Position numbers and translations under genes: made by a program. Under the pieces are notes generated by a model. The model made no database searches and was not told the DNA's origin. It saw nothing but the letters and a program-made list of their open reading frames with translations. Shown here one piece after another: positions 1 through 9,347 of a stretch of DNA of 26,979 bases. The stretch is from an uncultured Acidimicrobiales bacterium. GTDB taxonomy: Bacteria > Actinomycetota > Acidimicrobiia > Acidimicrobiales > UBA10347. The stretch's first letter is position 1. The number at the start of each line of letters is the position of its first letter. The DNA is taken from the NCBI GenBank assembly GCA_943788915.1, contig CALSSD010000021.1:62001-88979 (forward strand). The letters run 5' to 3'.

Positions 1-1
1 C

Positions 2-3000
2 GGGGCTACCGCCGTATGGGGCAGCCAACAGGCCTCACTCGAGTCGAATGCTCGCTTCGATGGTGTGATGGGCATGTGGTACGGCAAGGGACCCGGCGTG
101 GATCGCAGCGGCGATGCCCTGCGTCATGCCAACTCGACCGGCGTAGACCCCAACGGCGGCGTGTTAGCTGTCGCTGGCGATGATCCGTTCTGCAAATCAT
201 CAACCATCGCATCGGCCTCGGAATGGGCACTTGCCGACTTGGCAATGCCTACCTTGTACCCGGCGAGCGTGCAGGAAGTGCTCGACATGGGCCGCTTCGG
301 CTACGAACTGTCACGGTTCTGCGGGTCATGGGTTGGTTTCAAGATCCACAGCAATGTCGCTGATGCCTACGCCACCGTCAACACCGATGCCGAACGAATC
401 TCGGTCGTCGTGCCCGACTTCGAGATCGATGACAAACCGTTCAGCTACACCCAGCGCGTCACGTTGATCGCACCACATTCCATGGGCGCGGAACGAGAAA
501 TGTTTGGCCCCCGGCTCGAAGCTGCCAAAGCGTTTGTTGCCGCCAACGGACTCGACAAGGTCAGCGGAGCAACCGGCGACGCAACCATTGGTATTGTCGC
601 CGCAGGGCCGGTGTTCGGCGAGTTGCGCGACGCTCTCACCAAGATGGGCTTCGCGACCGATGCTGATCTGGCGAGCGCTGGCATTCGTCTCTACAAACCA
701 GCGCTGATCTGGCCGCTTGAGCCGAACGGGTCTGACCGGTTTCGCCGACGGCCTCGAAGAGATCATCGTGATCGAAGAGAAACGCTCGTTCATCGAGTCG
801 CAGATTCGCGACATCCTCTACGGCCGCACCGACGCACCACGCGTTCTCGGCAAACGCGACGACGAAGGCCGCACCATGATCGCCGACTTCGGCGGCCTGC
901 TCGCCGAAGACATTGCCGGGCCGATCAAGGCTCGGCTGCAACGCGTCATTCCTGCAGAACGATTCACCAAGGAACGCAGACTGATTCCGATCTCGATCGC
1001 GGCAGAAGCCAAGGAGCTTCCCGATCGGGCCGCGTACTTCTGCTCCGGCTGCCCTCACAACCGGTCAACGATGACGCCCGACGGATCCATGTCTGGTGGC
1101 GGCATTGGTTGCCACGGCATGGCCTTGGGTATGGAACGAGAGAACTTCGGTATCACCCATATGGGCGGCGAGGGTGTGCAATGGGTTGGCATGGCGCCGT
1201 TTCTGAATGAAACCCATCGCTTCCAGAATCTCGGCGATGGCACCTTGGCCCACTCAGGTTCGTTAGCCATCCGCCAAGCGGTGTCCGCCGGTGCGACGGT
1301 GACCTACAAGATCCTGTACAACGGCACGGTGGCCATGACCGGCGGTCAAGATGCTGCGGGTGCGCTCACCGTGCCCGACCTGACTCGTTCACTCTCGGCC
1401 GAGGGTGTCACGCAGATCGTGGTGGTTGCCGACGACGTCGATAAGTATCCAAGAGGCGCGGTATTCGCACCGAACGCCCGAATTGAACACCGAGACGAAC
1501 TCGACGCTGTGCAACGAGAACTTCGCGAGGTCGACGGCGTGACTGTGCTGATCTATGACCAAGCGTGTGCTGCCGAACTTCGGCGTGGTCGCAAACGAGG
1601 CACCATCGAGACCCCTACCACTCGGGTCATGATCAACGAGGACATCTGCGAGGGTTGCGGCCACTGCGGCGAGGTCTCCAACTGCGCCTCGGTCCATCCG
1701 GTGCAGACCCCGTTCGGGCGCAAGACACAGATCCACCAAGAGTCATGCAACTTCGACCTCACCTGCCTTGGCGGCAACTGCCCGGCATTCGTGACGGTGG
1801 AGATCGATCCTGATTTCAAACCGAGCAAGGACCTGGCTGGTATCCCGGCTGGTGACCTGCCTGCTGACCCCACAGTTCCGGACGACGGCAATGTGCTACT
1901 CATCGGTATCGGCGGCACCGGCGTGGTGACCGTGAACCAGATCATCTCCACTGCAGCACTACTCGACGGCAAGTTCGCCAACGGTCTCGACCAAACCGGC
2001 CTCGCCCAAAAGGGCGGCACCGTGGTGTCGAATCTACGTATCACCACCGTTGACCCATCTGACGATCACGGTGCTGTCACCGCATCGAACCGGGTGGTCG
2101 ATGGCGGCGCCGATGCCATGTTGATCTTCGACCTCGTGTCTGCGACCAAGAACATCAACCGAGCTGACCCTGAACGCACACGGGCGGTCGTGAGCACCGC
2201 GCTCTTGCCGACCGGGTCGATGGTTTCGGGTCGGGGCTCGGATCGTTTCCCCGAACTCGAACGCTTTCGCTCTACGATCGATGGCGCGACGAGGGCCGAC
2301 GAGAATGTGTGGCTCGATGCTGCTGGTATCGCCCAACGGGTGTTCGCGAGCCAGCCCGCAGCCAACGTGCTCGTGGTCGGTCTCGCCTACCAACGAGGAC
2401 TCCTGCCGGTGACGTCGGACAGCATCGAACGAGCCATCAAACTCAACGGTGTTGCGGTACAGGGCAACCTCGACGCATTCCGACTCGGTCGCCGATTGGC
2501 CGTGGAGCCAGACTTGTTCGCCGAACTCGAAGACGTGGTCGACACCACCGAGGCAGGTCCCACGCCGCTCACCGGCAAACTCGCTCGTATGGCCGACACG
2601 CTCGGGGGAACCAGCGAACTGCAAGACATCCTGGCCTACCGCCTTCCTGAACTCGCTGCATTCCAAGACATGAAGTACGCCCAGCAGTTCACGAACGACA
2701 TCGCTGCCGTGCGACAGGCCGAGAAGTCTGCGGTTGGTGACCGCTGCGATCTGAGCGAGATTGCCGCTCGCATGCTGTACAAGGCAATGGCGTACAAGGA
2801 CGAATACGAGGTCGCCCGACTTGCTCTCAAGTCAGACATCGTTGCGCAGGCCAAGGCCCGTTTCGGACCCGATGCCAAAGTCAGCTACCAGCTCAAGCCA
2901 CCGACACTCAAGTCGGCTGGCTACGACAAGAAGATCGCTATCCCTGAGGCCGCTGGCCGTGCAATGTTCGAAGGATTGAAGCGCACCAAACGGATGCGGG

Positions 3001-3233
3001 GCACTCGACTCGACCCATTCGGCCGCACCGAGGAACGCCGGATCGAACGCCAACTCATCGACGAGTACCGCGAACTGCTGGTCAGGGTGGCCGCCAAAGT
3101 CACCGCAGATAACTATGACCAGGCAGTCGACATCCTCGGCATGTTCGACATGGTCCGCGGTTTCGACGACATCAAACTCGGCAACGTCGCCCGCTACCGC
3201 ATCGAACTGGCCGCCGCCCTCGCTGCTTTCTAG
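2..3233 (+). CDS. Indolepyruvate:ferredoxin oxidoreductase family protein (fused alpha/beta type), 5'-truncated by the window, with one +1 frameshift at ~728-730
   Basis: Frame 2 is open from the window start (GATAVWGSQQ...GMWYGKGPGVDRSGDALRHAN...AGDDPFCKSST) to WPLEPNG. It continues in ORF 717..3233 (LTGFADGLEEIIVIEEKR; AYFCSGCPHN; TPP motif NLGDGTLAHSG..YKILYN; ferredoxin CEGCGHC/CLGGNCP; GIGGTGVVT; GLAQKGG; MAYKDEYEVAR). Removing one G from GGG at 728-730 joins the two frames. Confidence 0.92.
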
Positions 3234-3253
3234 GAGGAAGGACGGGAGGTCGG

Positions 3254-4363
3254 TTGTTTAATGGTCCGATCGTGACTACCAACCCTCGACCAAACGTTGT
3301 AGCGATCTCACCGCTCCAGATCGACGCGGACCTCATTGGCACGGCCGCGCAAGCTTTGCGAGACGGACAGCTTGTGGCGTTCCCCACAGAGACGGTCTAC
3401 GGCCTGGGATGTAACGCGCTCGATGAAGCCGCCATTGCCAAGGTCTTCGCGGCCAAGGGTCGGCCCTCGAGCGATCCGCTGATCGTCCACGTAGATGGGT
3501 TGGAGATGGCCGAGTCGGTGATCGAAGGACCCCTTCCACCCGCAGCCAAGGCGCTCGCCGACGCATTCTGGCCTGGACCGCTCACCATGATCTTGCGCCG
3601 AGGCGAGGCGGTGCCGTTGGCCGTCACCAGTGGGCTCGACAGTGTGGCGGTGCGATGTCCGTCACATCCCGTTGCAGCTGCACTCATTCACGAAGCGGGG
3701 ATTCCAATCACCGCTCCGAGCGCAAACCGTTTCAACCACATCAGCCCGACCAGCGCACAACATGTCATCGCCGACCTTGGTCACGTGTGCGACATCATCA
3801 TCGACTCCGGCCGCACTGACCATGGACTCGAATCGACTGTCGTGACACTTGATGGCGCCGATGTCACCGTGCTTCGCCATGGTGCAATCACCGTCGAGCA
3901 ATTGGCCAGCGTAGAAGGCATTCGTATTGCCGACGATGGCACGTCGGTCGACTCGCCAGCCTCGCCCGGCCACGAGAAACGCCACTACTCCCCCCGCACT
4001 CCAACGGTTGCTGTTCGAGGGAACTCGATCGACTTCGCTTCAACGCCCGGTCTCGAGTTGGGGGCCGCAACATCGGTGATCTATGCCGGCTACAGCGACC
4101 GTGAACCAGAGTTGCCATCGGCGTGGCGTTTCGAGTCGCTGGGTTCGTTGGCCTCGGTCGAGGCCGTCGGCCACGATCTGTACTTTGAGCTGCGCCGTAT
4201 CGACGCCCTTGCGGCGACAGCGATCGTTGTTGAACTTACCGGCACCCCTGGGCTCGGCCGAGCAATCGACGACCGCCTCACTCGAGCAGCGGGAAGCACG
4301 ATCGCATCAACCTCAGCAGAGCTAGCCAAAGTCATAGCCGAGGCAACGGCCACACACGACTAG
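3254..4363 (+). CDS. tsaC: L-threonylcarbamoyladenylate synthase (Sua5/TsaC) with C-terminal SUA5 extension; alternative start GTG 3272
   Basis: Motifs VAFPTETVYGLG, AKGRPSSDPLIVH, FWPGPLT, APSAN, GLESTVV, SPG..HYSP and AIDDRLTRAA. Confidence 0.93.
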   Translation: MFNGPIVTTNPRPNVVAISPLQIDADLIGTAAQALRDGQLVAFPTETVYGLGCNALDEAAIAKVFAAKGRPSSDPLIVHVDGLEMAESVIEGPLPPAAKALADAFWPGPLTMILRRGEAVPLAVTSGLDSVAVRCPSHPVAAALIHEAGIPITAPSANRFNHISPTSAQHVIADLGHVCDIIIDSGRTDHGLESTVVTLDGADVTVLRHGAITVEQLASVEGIRIADDGTSVDSPASPGHEKRHYSPRTPTVAVRGNSIDFASTPGLELGAATSVIYAGYSDREPELPSAWRFESLGSLASVEAVGHDLYFELRRIDALAATAIVVELTGTPGLGRAIDDRLTRAAGSTIASTSAELAKVIAEATATHD

Positions 4364-4556
4364 GTATCACGTCCTGGGTTCAGTGGGCATGTAAAACCTG
4401 AGGCGCCCGTCCCGACGACACGGCCCAAATCCAGTGTCAGGGCAGCGATCCCCATGGGCGCCGACCAACCACATCACACTCGACGAGATGACGATGGCCA
4501 GCAAGCGATTCAGCGCCGCGAAGGTACTCGCACCGTGGTCAAGTTCTCATCCGTTC

Positions 4557-4576
4557 GGCGCTTCCGTGGAAGCGCC
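4557..4576. terminator. Perfect 9-bp hairpin between convergent genes, candidate bidirectional terminator
   Basis: GGCGCTTCC-GT-GGAAGCGCC lies in the spacer between the tsaC stop (4363) and the minus-strand stop at 4604. No U-tract is present. Confidence 0.5.
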
Positions 4577-4603
4577 CTACCTAGAGATGTGCTCGGCGGT
4601 CGC

Positions 4604-5236
4604 TTAGTCCATCTGCATGGCGATCACTCGGTCGGTTGAGCCGGTAACGAGAAGATCGCCTGCTTCCACGGTCATCCCGAGATACGTCGCATCAGCGGCC
4701 AACGCTGCGTTGACGTCGTCAACTTCAGCCGTCGTGTCCACCCCAGCGATGAAGCCGATCTGCCCGATCGTTCCGGCCATCGATGAGGCCAACACAACGT
4801 CTACGCCGGTCACCGACTTGATGTGTTCGCTGACGCGCCCTGACCATGCCAGCGCGTCCGCCATCCGACCACCGTTGACCAGCGCTTGCGTCACCACGAT
4901 AAATTTCTTTGGTGCCGATGGTTCACCAGTCATCGCAACCACGCTGGAAGTGGTCGTGACAGCTGGCCCGGTGGCCAGGTCGCCGAGGATGCCCCTGGCC
5001 GCCGCCTGAAACTCGGGACTCGCCGCAGCTGCTTGTTGCCCAGCCACCAGTCCTGCCACTCCGTCGAACCGCGTGCTCACCATGAATGACCCATAGGGCC
5101 GTCCGGCGACCACTGCCCACGCCCACCACGCTTGACCAGTAGCACCCGCCGCCGCATCGCGTACTGCGCTCACCTGGGCGGCGAGCGCGCCACCCTTACC
5201 CGGCCTCGCCGTCAACTCAGCTCCGAAAATCAGCAT
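4604..5236 (-). CDS. Hypothetical protein with two tandem dimeric alpha+beta barrel (NIPSNAP-like) modules
   Basis: ORF 4604..5242; the ATG at 5236 is preceded by SD GAGGT. The two ~100-aa halves have a parallel pattern (A.PGK/NGGR...ATG/VTG...AG.YG/AG.IG...AASPEF/AADATY...GDL). Confidence 0.65.
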   Translation of the reverse strand: MLIFGAELTARPGKGGALAAQVSAVRDAAAGATGQAWWAWAVVAGRPYGSFMVSTRFDGVAGLVAGQQAAAASPEFQAAARGILGDLATGPAVTTTSSVVAMTGEPSAPKKFIVVTQALVNGGRMADALAWSGRVSEHIKSVTGVDVVLASSMAGTIGQIGFIAGVDTTAEVDDVNAALAADATYLGMTVEAGDLLVTGSTDRVIAMQMD

Positions 5237-5322
5237 GTCCAATTACCTCTTCATCCTGTAACTCATCCCCACTGCGAAGACAGCCGCACCCTCTCCCACC
5301 TCCATACCGGTCGCGCTTCTAG

Positions 5323-5349
5323 AGTTGTTTCAAGTTGTTTCAAGCTGTT
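5323..5349. repeat. 10-bp direct repeat (AGTTGTTTCA x2 plus a degenerate third copy)
   Basis: agttgtttca agttgtttca agctgtt, read directly in the divergent spacer upstream of 4604..5236. Confidence 0.8.
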
Positions 5350-5576
5350 GCGCGGCATATCGCGCCAGTCACCAATTTGGTGTTCTGAACGCCCACCACG
5401 CGCCTGTCTGCTCGGCGGTCGTCGCGAGTGTTGATTGGGTGGAGCGCGTCCACGGGTGATTCCCGGGAGTCCTCCGTTCGTGGCCATGAGCAAGACACGC
5501 TGATGGCGGGCCGAAGACCGAGTCTTCGAGAGCGCTGGGCTGCAGCACCGGCTGCGCTGCCCTAGGATCGACGGTC

Positions 5577-6263
5577 GTGCCCGCCAGTGTCATCTTCCCC
5601 AGCGATTCCCCGAATGGTGCCGAGATGGCCGACGCCCTGGCCAACTGCCGCGTGATCTTCTTCGCCGGTCTCCCCGGCGCGGGCAAGTCGCTATTCGTGC
5701 GAGAGCAGGCCGAGTACCCGGGGCCCGACCACGTGCTGATCGGGGAACTGCCGATCAGCGGCAATCGCTTGGCGGAACTGGTGCACGTCCAGGACGACGA
5801 CGTCGAACCGCTGCTGGCCGGCGACCTGACCCGGTTCCTCGTACCGGTCCCCACCACCGAGGTTCGTCGCGCGCTCGAATCGAAGCGTCAGGGTTCGATC
5901 TCGAGCCCCCAGCACGCCGACGATGCGCAGGATGCACCGATGCACATCCTGCGCCAGGTCTGGACCGACACGCACAGCAAGGCAGTCGACCTCGGCCTGG
6001 TCGACGGCGATGACACCGCGGCCTCCGACGAGTACGACCCGGCTACCTACCAACGCTTCTTCCAACACCTGCTGCAGCGTCGCAACTGTCGCTTCTTGGA
6101 CGTCGACACCGTCTACGCCGATGTCGGATCCTCTCACGACCTCAACGTCCCGACCGATGAGTTGGTGCCGTCAGCCGACGAGATCTCCGACGTCCTCGCC
6201 TCGCTGGAAGCCACTTGGACCACCGACCAGGTCCGGTCGGTCGACGCCTGGTACGAGGTCTAG
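5577..6263 (+). CDS. Hypothetical protein with N-terminal Walker A (P-loop) motif, possibly internally deleted
   Basis: RVIFFAGLPGAGKS Walker A, strong GC3 codon bias, and TAGGAT -10-like hexamer 8 nt upstream of the GTG. Confidence 0.7.
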   Translation: MPASVIFPSDSPNGAEMADALANCRVIFFAGLPGAGKSLFVREQAEYPGPDHVLIGELPISGNRLAELVHVQDDDVEPLLAGDLTRFLVPVPTTEVRRALESKRQGSISSPQHADDAQDAPMHILRQVWTDTHSKAVDLGLVDGDDTAASDEYDPATYQRFFQHLLQRRNCRFLDVDTVYADVGSSHDLNVPTDELVPSADEISDVLASLEATWTTDQVRSVDAWYEV

Positions 6264-6591
6264 CGCCCAAACTACCTCCACACGCCCCGAGGCGAGTCCC
6301 CCGGACCTCGCGCTTTGGAGGCGGGACACCTAGGCTGCGGCCAGCTCAGTCAGGCTGCCGGCAGCACATCAATCCAGTCGCTCTGAGCCTGTGGAGTTAG
6401 GGTACGACTCACCCCACCGACGTGAACCCAACGAGACTCGCTGGGATGGCGCGCCAAGTCTGCCCGAGGTGCCGGTTGGGGCACCCGATAACACTCGCTC
6501 CTAAACGCGTCGTCCGCTCCGATCATGCCACTCGGTATCGGCCCGAGTGTGGCGTCACGGAATCACCGTCGGTTGGGACGCAGAGGCTGCG

Positions 6592-7017
6592 CTAGGTGGC
6601 GGTGAAGGCGACCGAGATGCCGATCGATTGAGCGGCGGCCCCGAGCTTGCTGTCGCCGCTTACCATGACGAGTTCGTCATCGTTGGCGAGTGCGGCTGAT
6701 GCGAGGTGGACAGCGTCGTACCCTCGGAGTCCGTGCGTCTGGGCCAAATCGCCTGCTGATTCGGCTAGATGGGCGGTGATCTCGACGTAGTCGATCTGCC
6801 TGGTGATCGAGTCCAAGTCCTCGACGGCCTCGGCCAGGTCCGCAGAGGTCAGTCGGCCCATTCTTTCGGCCTGGGCAAGGGCCGCTCGCGCCTCGGGGTA
6901 GATCAGACGAGTGCTGATCGTGCGGGTAGCGTCATTCCACAAGCGGCGGCACGTGTCCGATGCTGGCTCGTTGATCATCAGGGGAACGAGTGCGGAGGTG
7001 TCGAAGTACGCGATCAC
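6592..7017 (-). CDS. vapC: Type II toxin-antitoxin VapC (PIN domain) toxin
   Basis: YFDTSALV...EARAAL...LRGYDAVHLASA...SGDSKL acidic PIN residues. The start overlaps the antitoxin stop (GTGA). Confidence 0.92.
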   Translation of the reverse strand: MIAYFDTSALVPLMINEPASDTCRRLWNDATRTISTRLIYPEARAALAQAERMGRLTSADLAEAVEDLDSITRQIDYVEITAHLAESAGDLAQTHGLRGYDAVHLASAALANDDELVMVSGDSKLGAAAQSIGISVAFTAT

Positions 7018-7271
7018 TGACGTTGTTCGGCGACGAGGTCGCTCACGGTTCCGTTCGCGCTGATGTGTGGAGTTGCACGGCGCTGCTTGGATTGTTCCGC
7101 GGGCGAGATGACGCCCTCGTTGATCAAGCGATCGATAGCTCGCGGCCGATCGAGCGGCACCAAACGCGCCACCGCCTTGCCATGGTCGGTCACCGTGACT
7201 TCCTTTCCGCCGCGGACGACCTCAAGGTAACGACTGAGATGATCTCGGAGTTCGCGAATGCCAGCTTCCAT
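7014..7271 (-). CDS. Phd/YefM (prevent-host-death) family antitoxin
   Basis: GIRELRDHLSRYLEVVRGGKEVTVTDHGKAVARLVP, directly upstream of and coupled to vapC. Confidence 0.92.
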   Translation of the reverse strand: MEAGIRELRDHLSRYLEVVRGGKEVTVTDHGKAVARLVPLDRPRAIDRLINEGVISPAEQSKQRRATPHISANGTVSDLVAEQRQ

Positions 7272-7306
7272 CCCACCATTATGGCGCTTTTTAGTTGAAG
7301 TATCTA
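7272..7306 (-). promoter_or_regulatory. Sigma70-type promoter for a leaderless TA transcript
   Basis: Minus strand reads TAGATA-N17-CATAAT-N6-ATG(7271), with no SD. Confidence 0.6.
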
Positions 7307-7417
7307 GCCATATTCTGTCCGCCAGATATCACCGCAACATAACCACGCACGCGTGATGAATCTAACCACCCGGTATCGGTCCTTACCGAGCACTCGATAT
7401 TCGCGACGCTGGGATGT

Positions 7418-7684
7418 CTAGTCGAGCTCGAATGCCGGGACGCGTTGAGCGTCGATCCACTCTTCGATCTCGTGCGGATCGAATCGTATGAACTTGCCAA
7501 TCTTGCAGAATGGGACTCGGCGTTCTTCAATGAGGCGTCGCACGAATCGCTCGCGCACACCGAGCTGTGCGGCCAGTGCGCCGACGTCCAACAGATATCG
7601 GGCCGGCGCGCCCGGTGGCGTGTTTGGGGCGACCTTACGTCGCCCCTCAGGTTCTCGACGCAAGTCCTCGTCGCTCGAGGTCAT
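7418..7684 (-). CDS. Excisionase-family (HTH_17/MerR-like) DNA-binding protein, 88 aa
   Basis: LLDVGALAAQLGVRERFVRRLIEERRVPFCKIGKFIRFDPHEIEEWI. The ATG at 7684 follows GGGGAGGAT. The ORF-track extension to 7933 overlaps the acyl-CoA dehydrogenase and is not used. Confidence 0.8.
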   Translation of the reverse strand: MTSSDEDLRREPEGRRKVAPNTPPGAPARYLLDVGALAAQLGVRERFVRRLIEERRVPFCKIGKFIRFDPHEIEEWIDAQRVPAFELD

Positions 7685-7754
7685 ATCCTCCCCCCCCTGC
7701 CGAATGTGCTTGCTTAGATGGGGCGGGGCGAGCGTGGCGGGCAAGGTCATCTGC

Positions 7755-7792
7755 GGATCGTCACCTTTTGGGGCGGACAAAACCCACGATCC
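7755..7792 (-). terminator. Hairpin just downstream of the acyl-CoA dehydrogenase stop
   Basis: GGATCGT...TTTTG...CAAAA...ACGATCC inverted repeat, 10 nt after the stop at 7803. Confidence 0.45.
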
Positions 7793-7802
7793 CTTTGTTT
7801 GC

Positions 7803-9017
7803 CTACTCGATGCGCAGGCCCGAGATCGCACGCGAAATGACCAGCTGCTGGATCTGCTCGGTGCCTTCGAAGATGTCGTGGATCTTGGCATCGCGGTGCC
7901 AACGCTCCACCGGGTACTCGCGGGTATAGCCATAGCCGCCGAGAATCTGGATGGCTCGTTCGGTCACGTGGGTGGCAACACGGCCAGCCTTGAGCTTGGC
8001 CATCGAACCTTCGGCGTTCACGAACGCCTTCTGCTTGCCGAGCCACGCGGCACGCCAGATCAGCAACCGGGTGGCCTCGATCTCGGTGGCCATGTCGGCC
8101 AGCATGAACGCAATCGACTGATTCATGATGATCTTGCGACCAAAGGCTTCACGCTCTTTGGCATAGTCGAGTGAGTACTCATAGGCAGCACGTGCGACGC
8201 CGATTGCCTGAGCGCCGACGGTTGGGCGGGTCGCCTCGAACGTCTGCATCGCAGCCTGTGAGTTGCCTCTTTCACCACGGCGGACCCGGGCGAGGCGCTC
8301 ATCGAGCTTCTCTTTGCCGCCGAGCAGGCAACGACCCGGTACCCGGACATCGTCCAGCACAACCTCTGCGGTATGGCTCGCGCGAATGCCGTGTTTCTTG
8401 TACTTCTGACCCATGCTCAGGCCCTTGGTGCCGGGAGGAACGATGAAGCTTGCATGGCCCTTGGTCTTCAGTTCAGGGGCGACCACAGCGACGACAACAT
8501 GGATGTCAGCAATGCCACCGTTGGTGATCCATGCCTTGGTGCCGTTGAGGATCCACTCGTCGGTGGCTTCGTCGTATTTTGCCGACGTGCGGTAGCCGCC
8601 TACGTCGGAGCCTGCATCGGGTTCGCTCGCAGCGAAGGCCCCGAGTTGCACGTCCTTCGCATCGCCGTAACACTGCGGTACCCATTCCATAACTTGGTCT
8701 TGGGTACCCGAAGAGGCGATGCCAGCCGCTGCGAGACCAGATCCCATGATGGCCATACCGAGACCTGCATCGCCCCAGAACATTTCTTCGATCGCCACCG
8801 GCATCGTAAGGCCAGTCGGGTCGTTGAACATGGCGTTGGCAAGGAACTCCCAGCCATAAAGACCAATCTGAGCCGCTTCTTGCACCACCGGCCACGGAAA
8901 CTCTTCTCGTTCATCCCATTCTTCTGCGTTTGGCCGCATGACGTCCTCAGCGAAGTCATGGACCCATTTCTGGATCGTGAGTTGGTCTTCGTTCAGCGAT
9001 GGGTTGAAATCAGCCAT
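7803..9017 (-). CDS. Acyl-CoA dehydrogenase family protein
   Basis: AASEPDAGSD, ILNGTKAWITNG, GIRASHT, REAFG, IQILGGYGYTREYPVERWHRDAKIHDIFEGTEQIQ. Probable start MADFNPSL at 9017. Confidence 0.95.
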   Translation of the reverse strand: MADFNPSLNEDQLTIQKWVHDFAEDVMRPNAEEWDEREEFPWPVVQEAAQIGLYGWEFLANAMFNDPTGLTMPVAIEEMFWGDAGLGMAIMGSGLAAAGIASSGTQDQVMEWVPQCYGDAKDVQLGAFAASEPDAGSDVGGYRTSAKYDEATDEWILNGTKAWITNGGIADIHVVVAVVAPELKTKGHASFIVPPGTKGLSMGQKYKKHGIRASHTAEVVLDDVRVPGRCLLGGKEKLDERLARVRRGERGNSQAAMQTFEATRPTVGAQAIGVARAAYEYSLDYAKEREAFGRKIIMNQSIAFMLADMATEIEATRLLIWRAAWLGKQKAFVNAEGSMAKLKAGRVATHVTERAIQILGGYGYTREYPVERWHRDAKIHDIFEGTEQIQQLVISRAISGLRIE

Positions 9018-9055
9018 AGGGGTGCCTTCTTGTCTACCGAAACTATCGAGTCTGT

Positions 9056-9071
9056 AATAACGAGCGTTATT
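9056..9071. promoter_or_regulatory. Palindromic operator candidate upstream of the acyl-CoA dehydrogenase
   Basis: AATAACG-AG-CGTTATT perfect 7-bp inverted repeat, AT-rich, ~40 nt upstream of the start. Confidence 0.55.
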
Positions 9072-9347
9072 GAAAGATGCTATCGGGGCAATCGACAACC
9101 CTCCACCTCAGCAAGCGAGTAATCCCCGATCGACTCATAAGCGCAGGTGTTACCTCCGAGCGACACCAGCCAGGCTGCTCAGGAGATGCGCCATGCCTTC
9201 CACCTGGCCGGTGGTGAAGGCCAACTCGGCACCAACTAATCCGTGAGGACTCATGCTTGTAGATTCAGCATCGTGCAGGTTCTTACAACGTGGAGAACAC
9301 CGAGTCAACCGCCACAGGTCACCGACGCACACCCGTAGTGTTTGCAC

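Noticed and set aside
731..1210. Arg-rich C-terminal part of ORF 65..1210
   Set aside because: It is out-of-frame read-through after the frameshift; the true IOR sequence continues in ORF 717..3233.
5263..5493. 76-aa minus-strand ORF and 62-codon ORF 4454..4639
   Set aside because: They have no motifs, atypical composition and lie over promoter, repeat or terminator sequence. They are probably spurious.
6391..6417. GTGGAGTTAGGG..ACTC.CCCC loosely resembles the reverse complement of a tRNA-Ala 3' end (att scar)
   Set aside because: There is no intact TTCGA T-loop, no cloverleaf and no partner repeat in the window. The similarity is too weak.
7685..7933. N-terminal extension of the excisionase-like ORF (171 aa version)
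   Set aside because: It overlaps the acyl-CoA dehydrogenase 3' end in another frame, and a strong SD supports ATG 7684.
9150..9245. Short reading frame ending ...EMRHAFHLAGGEGQLGTN* with a GCCTTC/GAAGGC hairpin
   Set aside because: It is too short to assign as a gene remnant or an RNA, with no supporting start signal.
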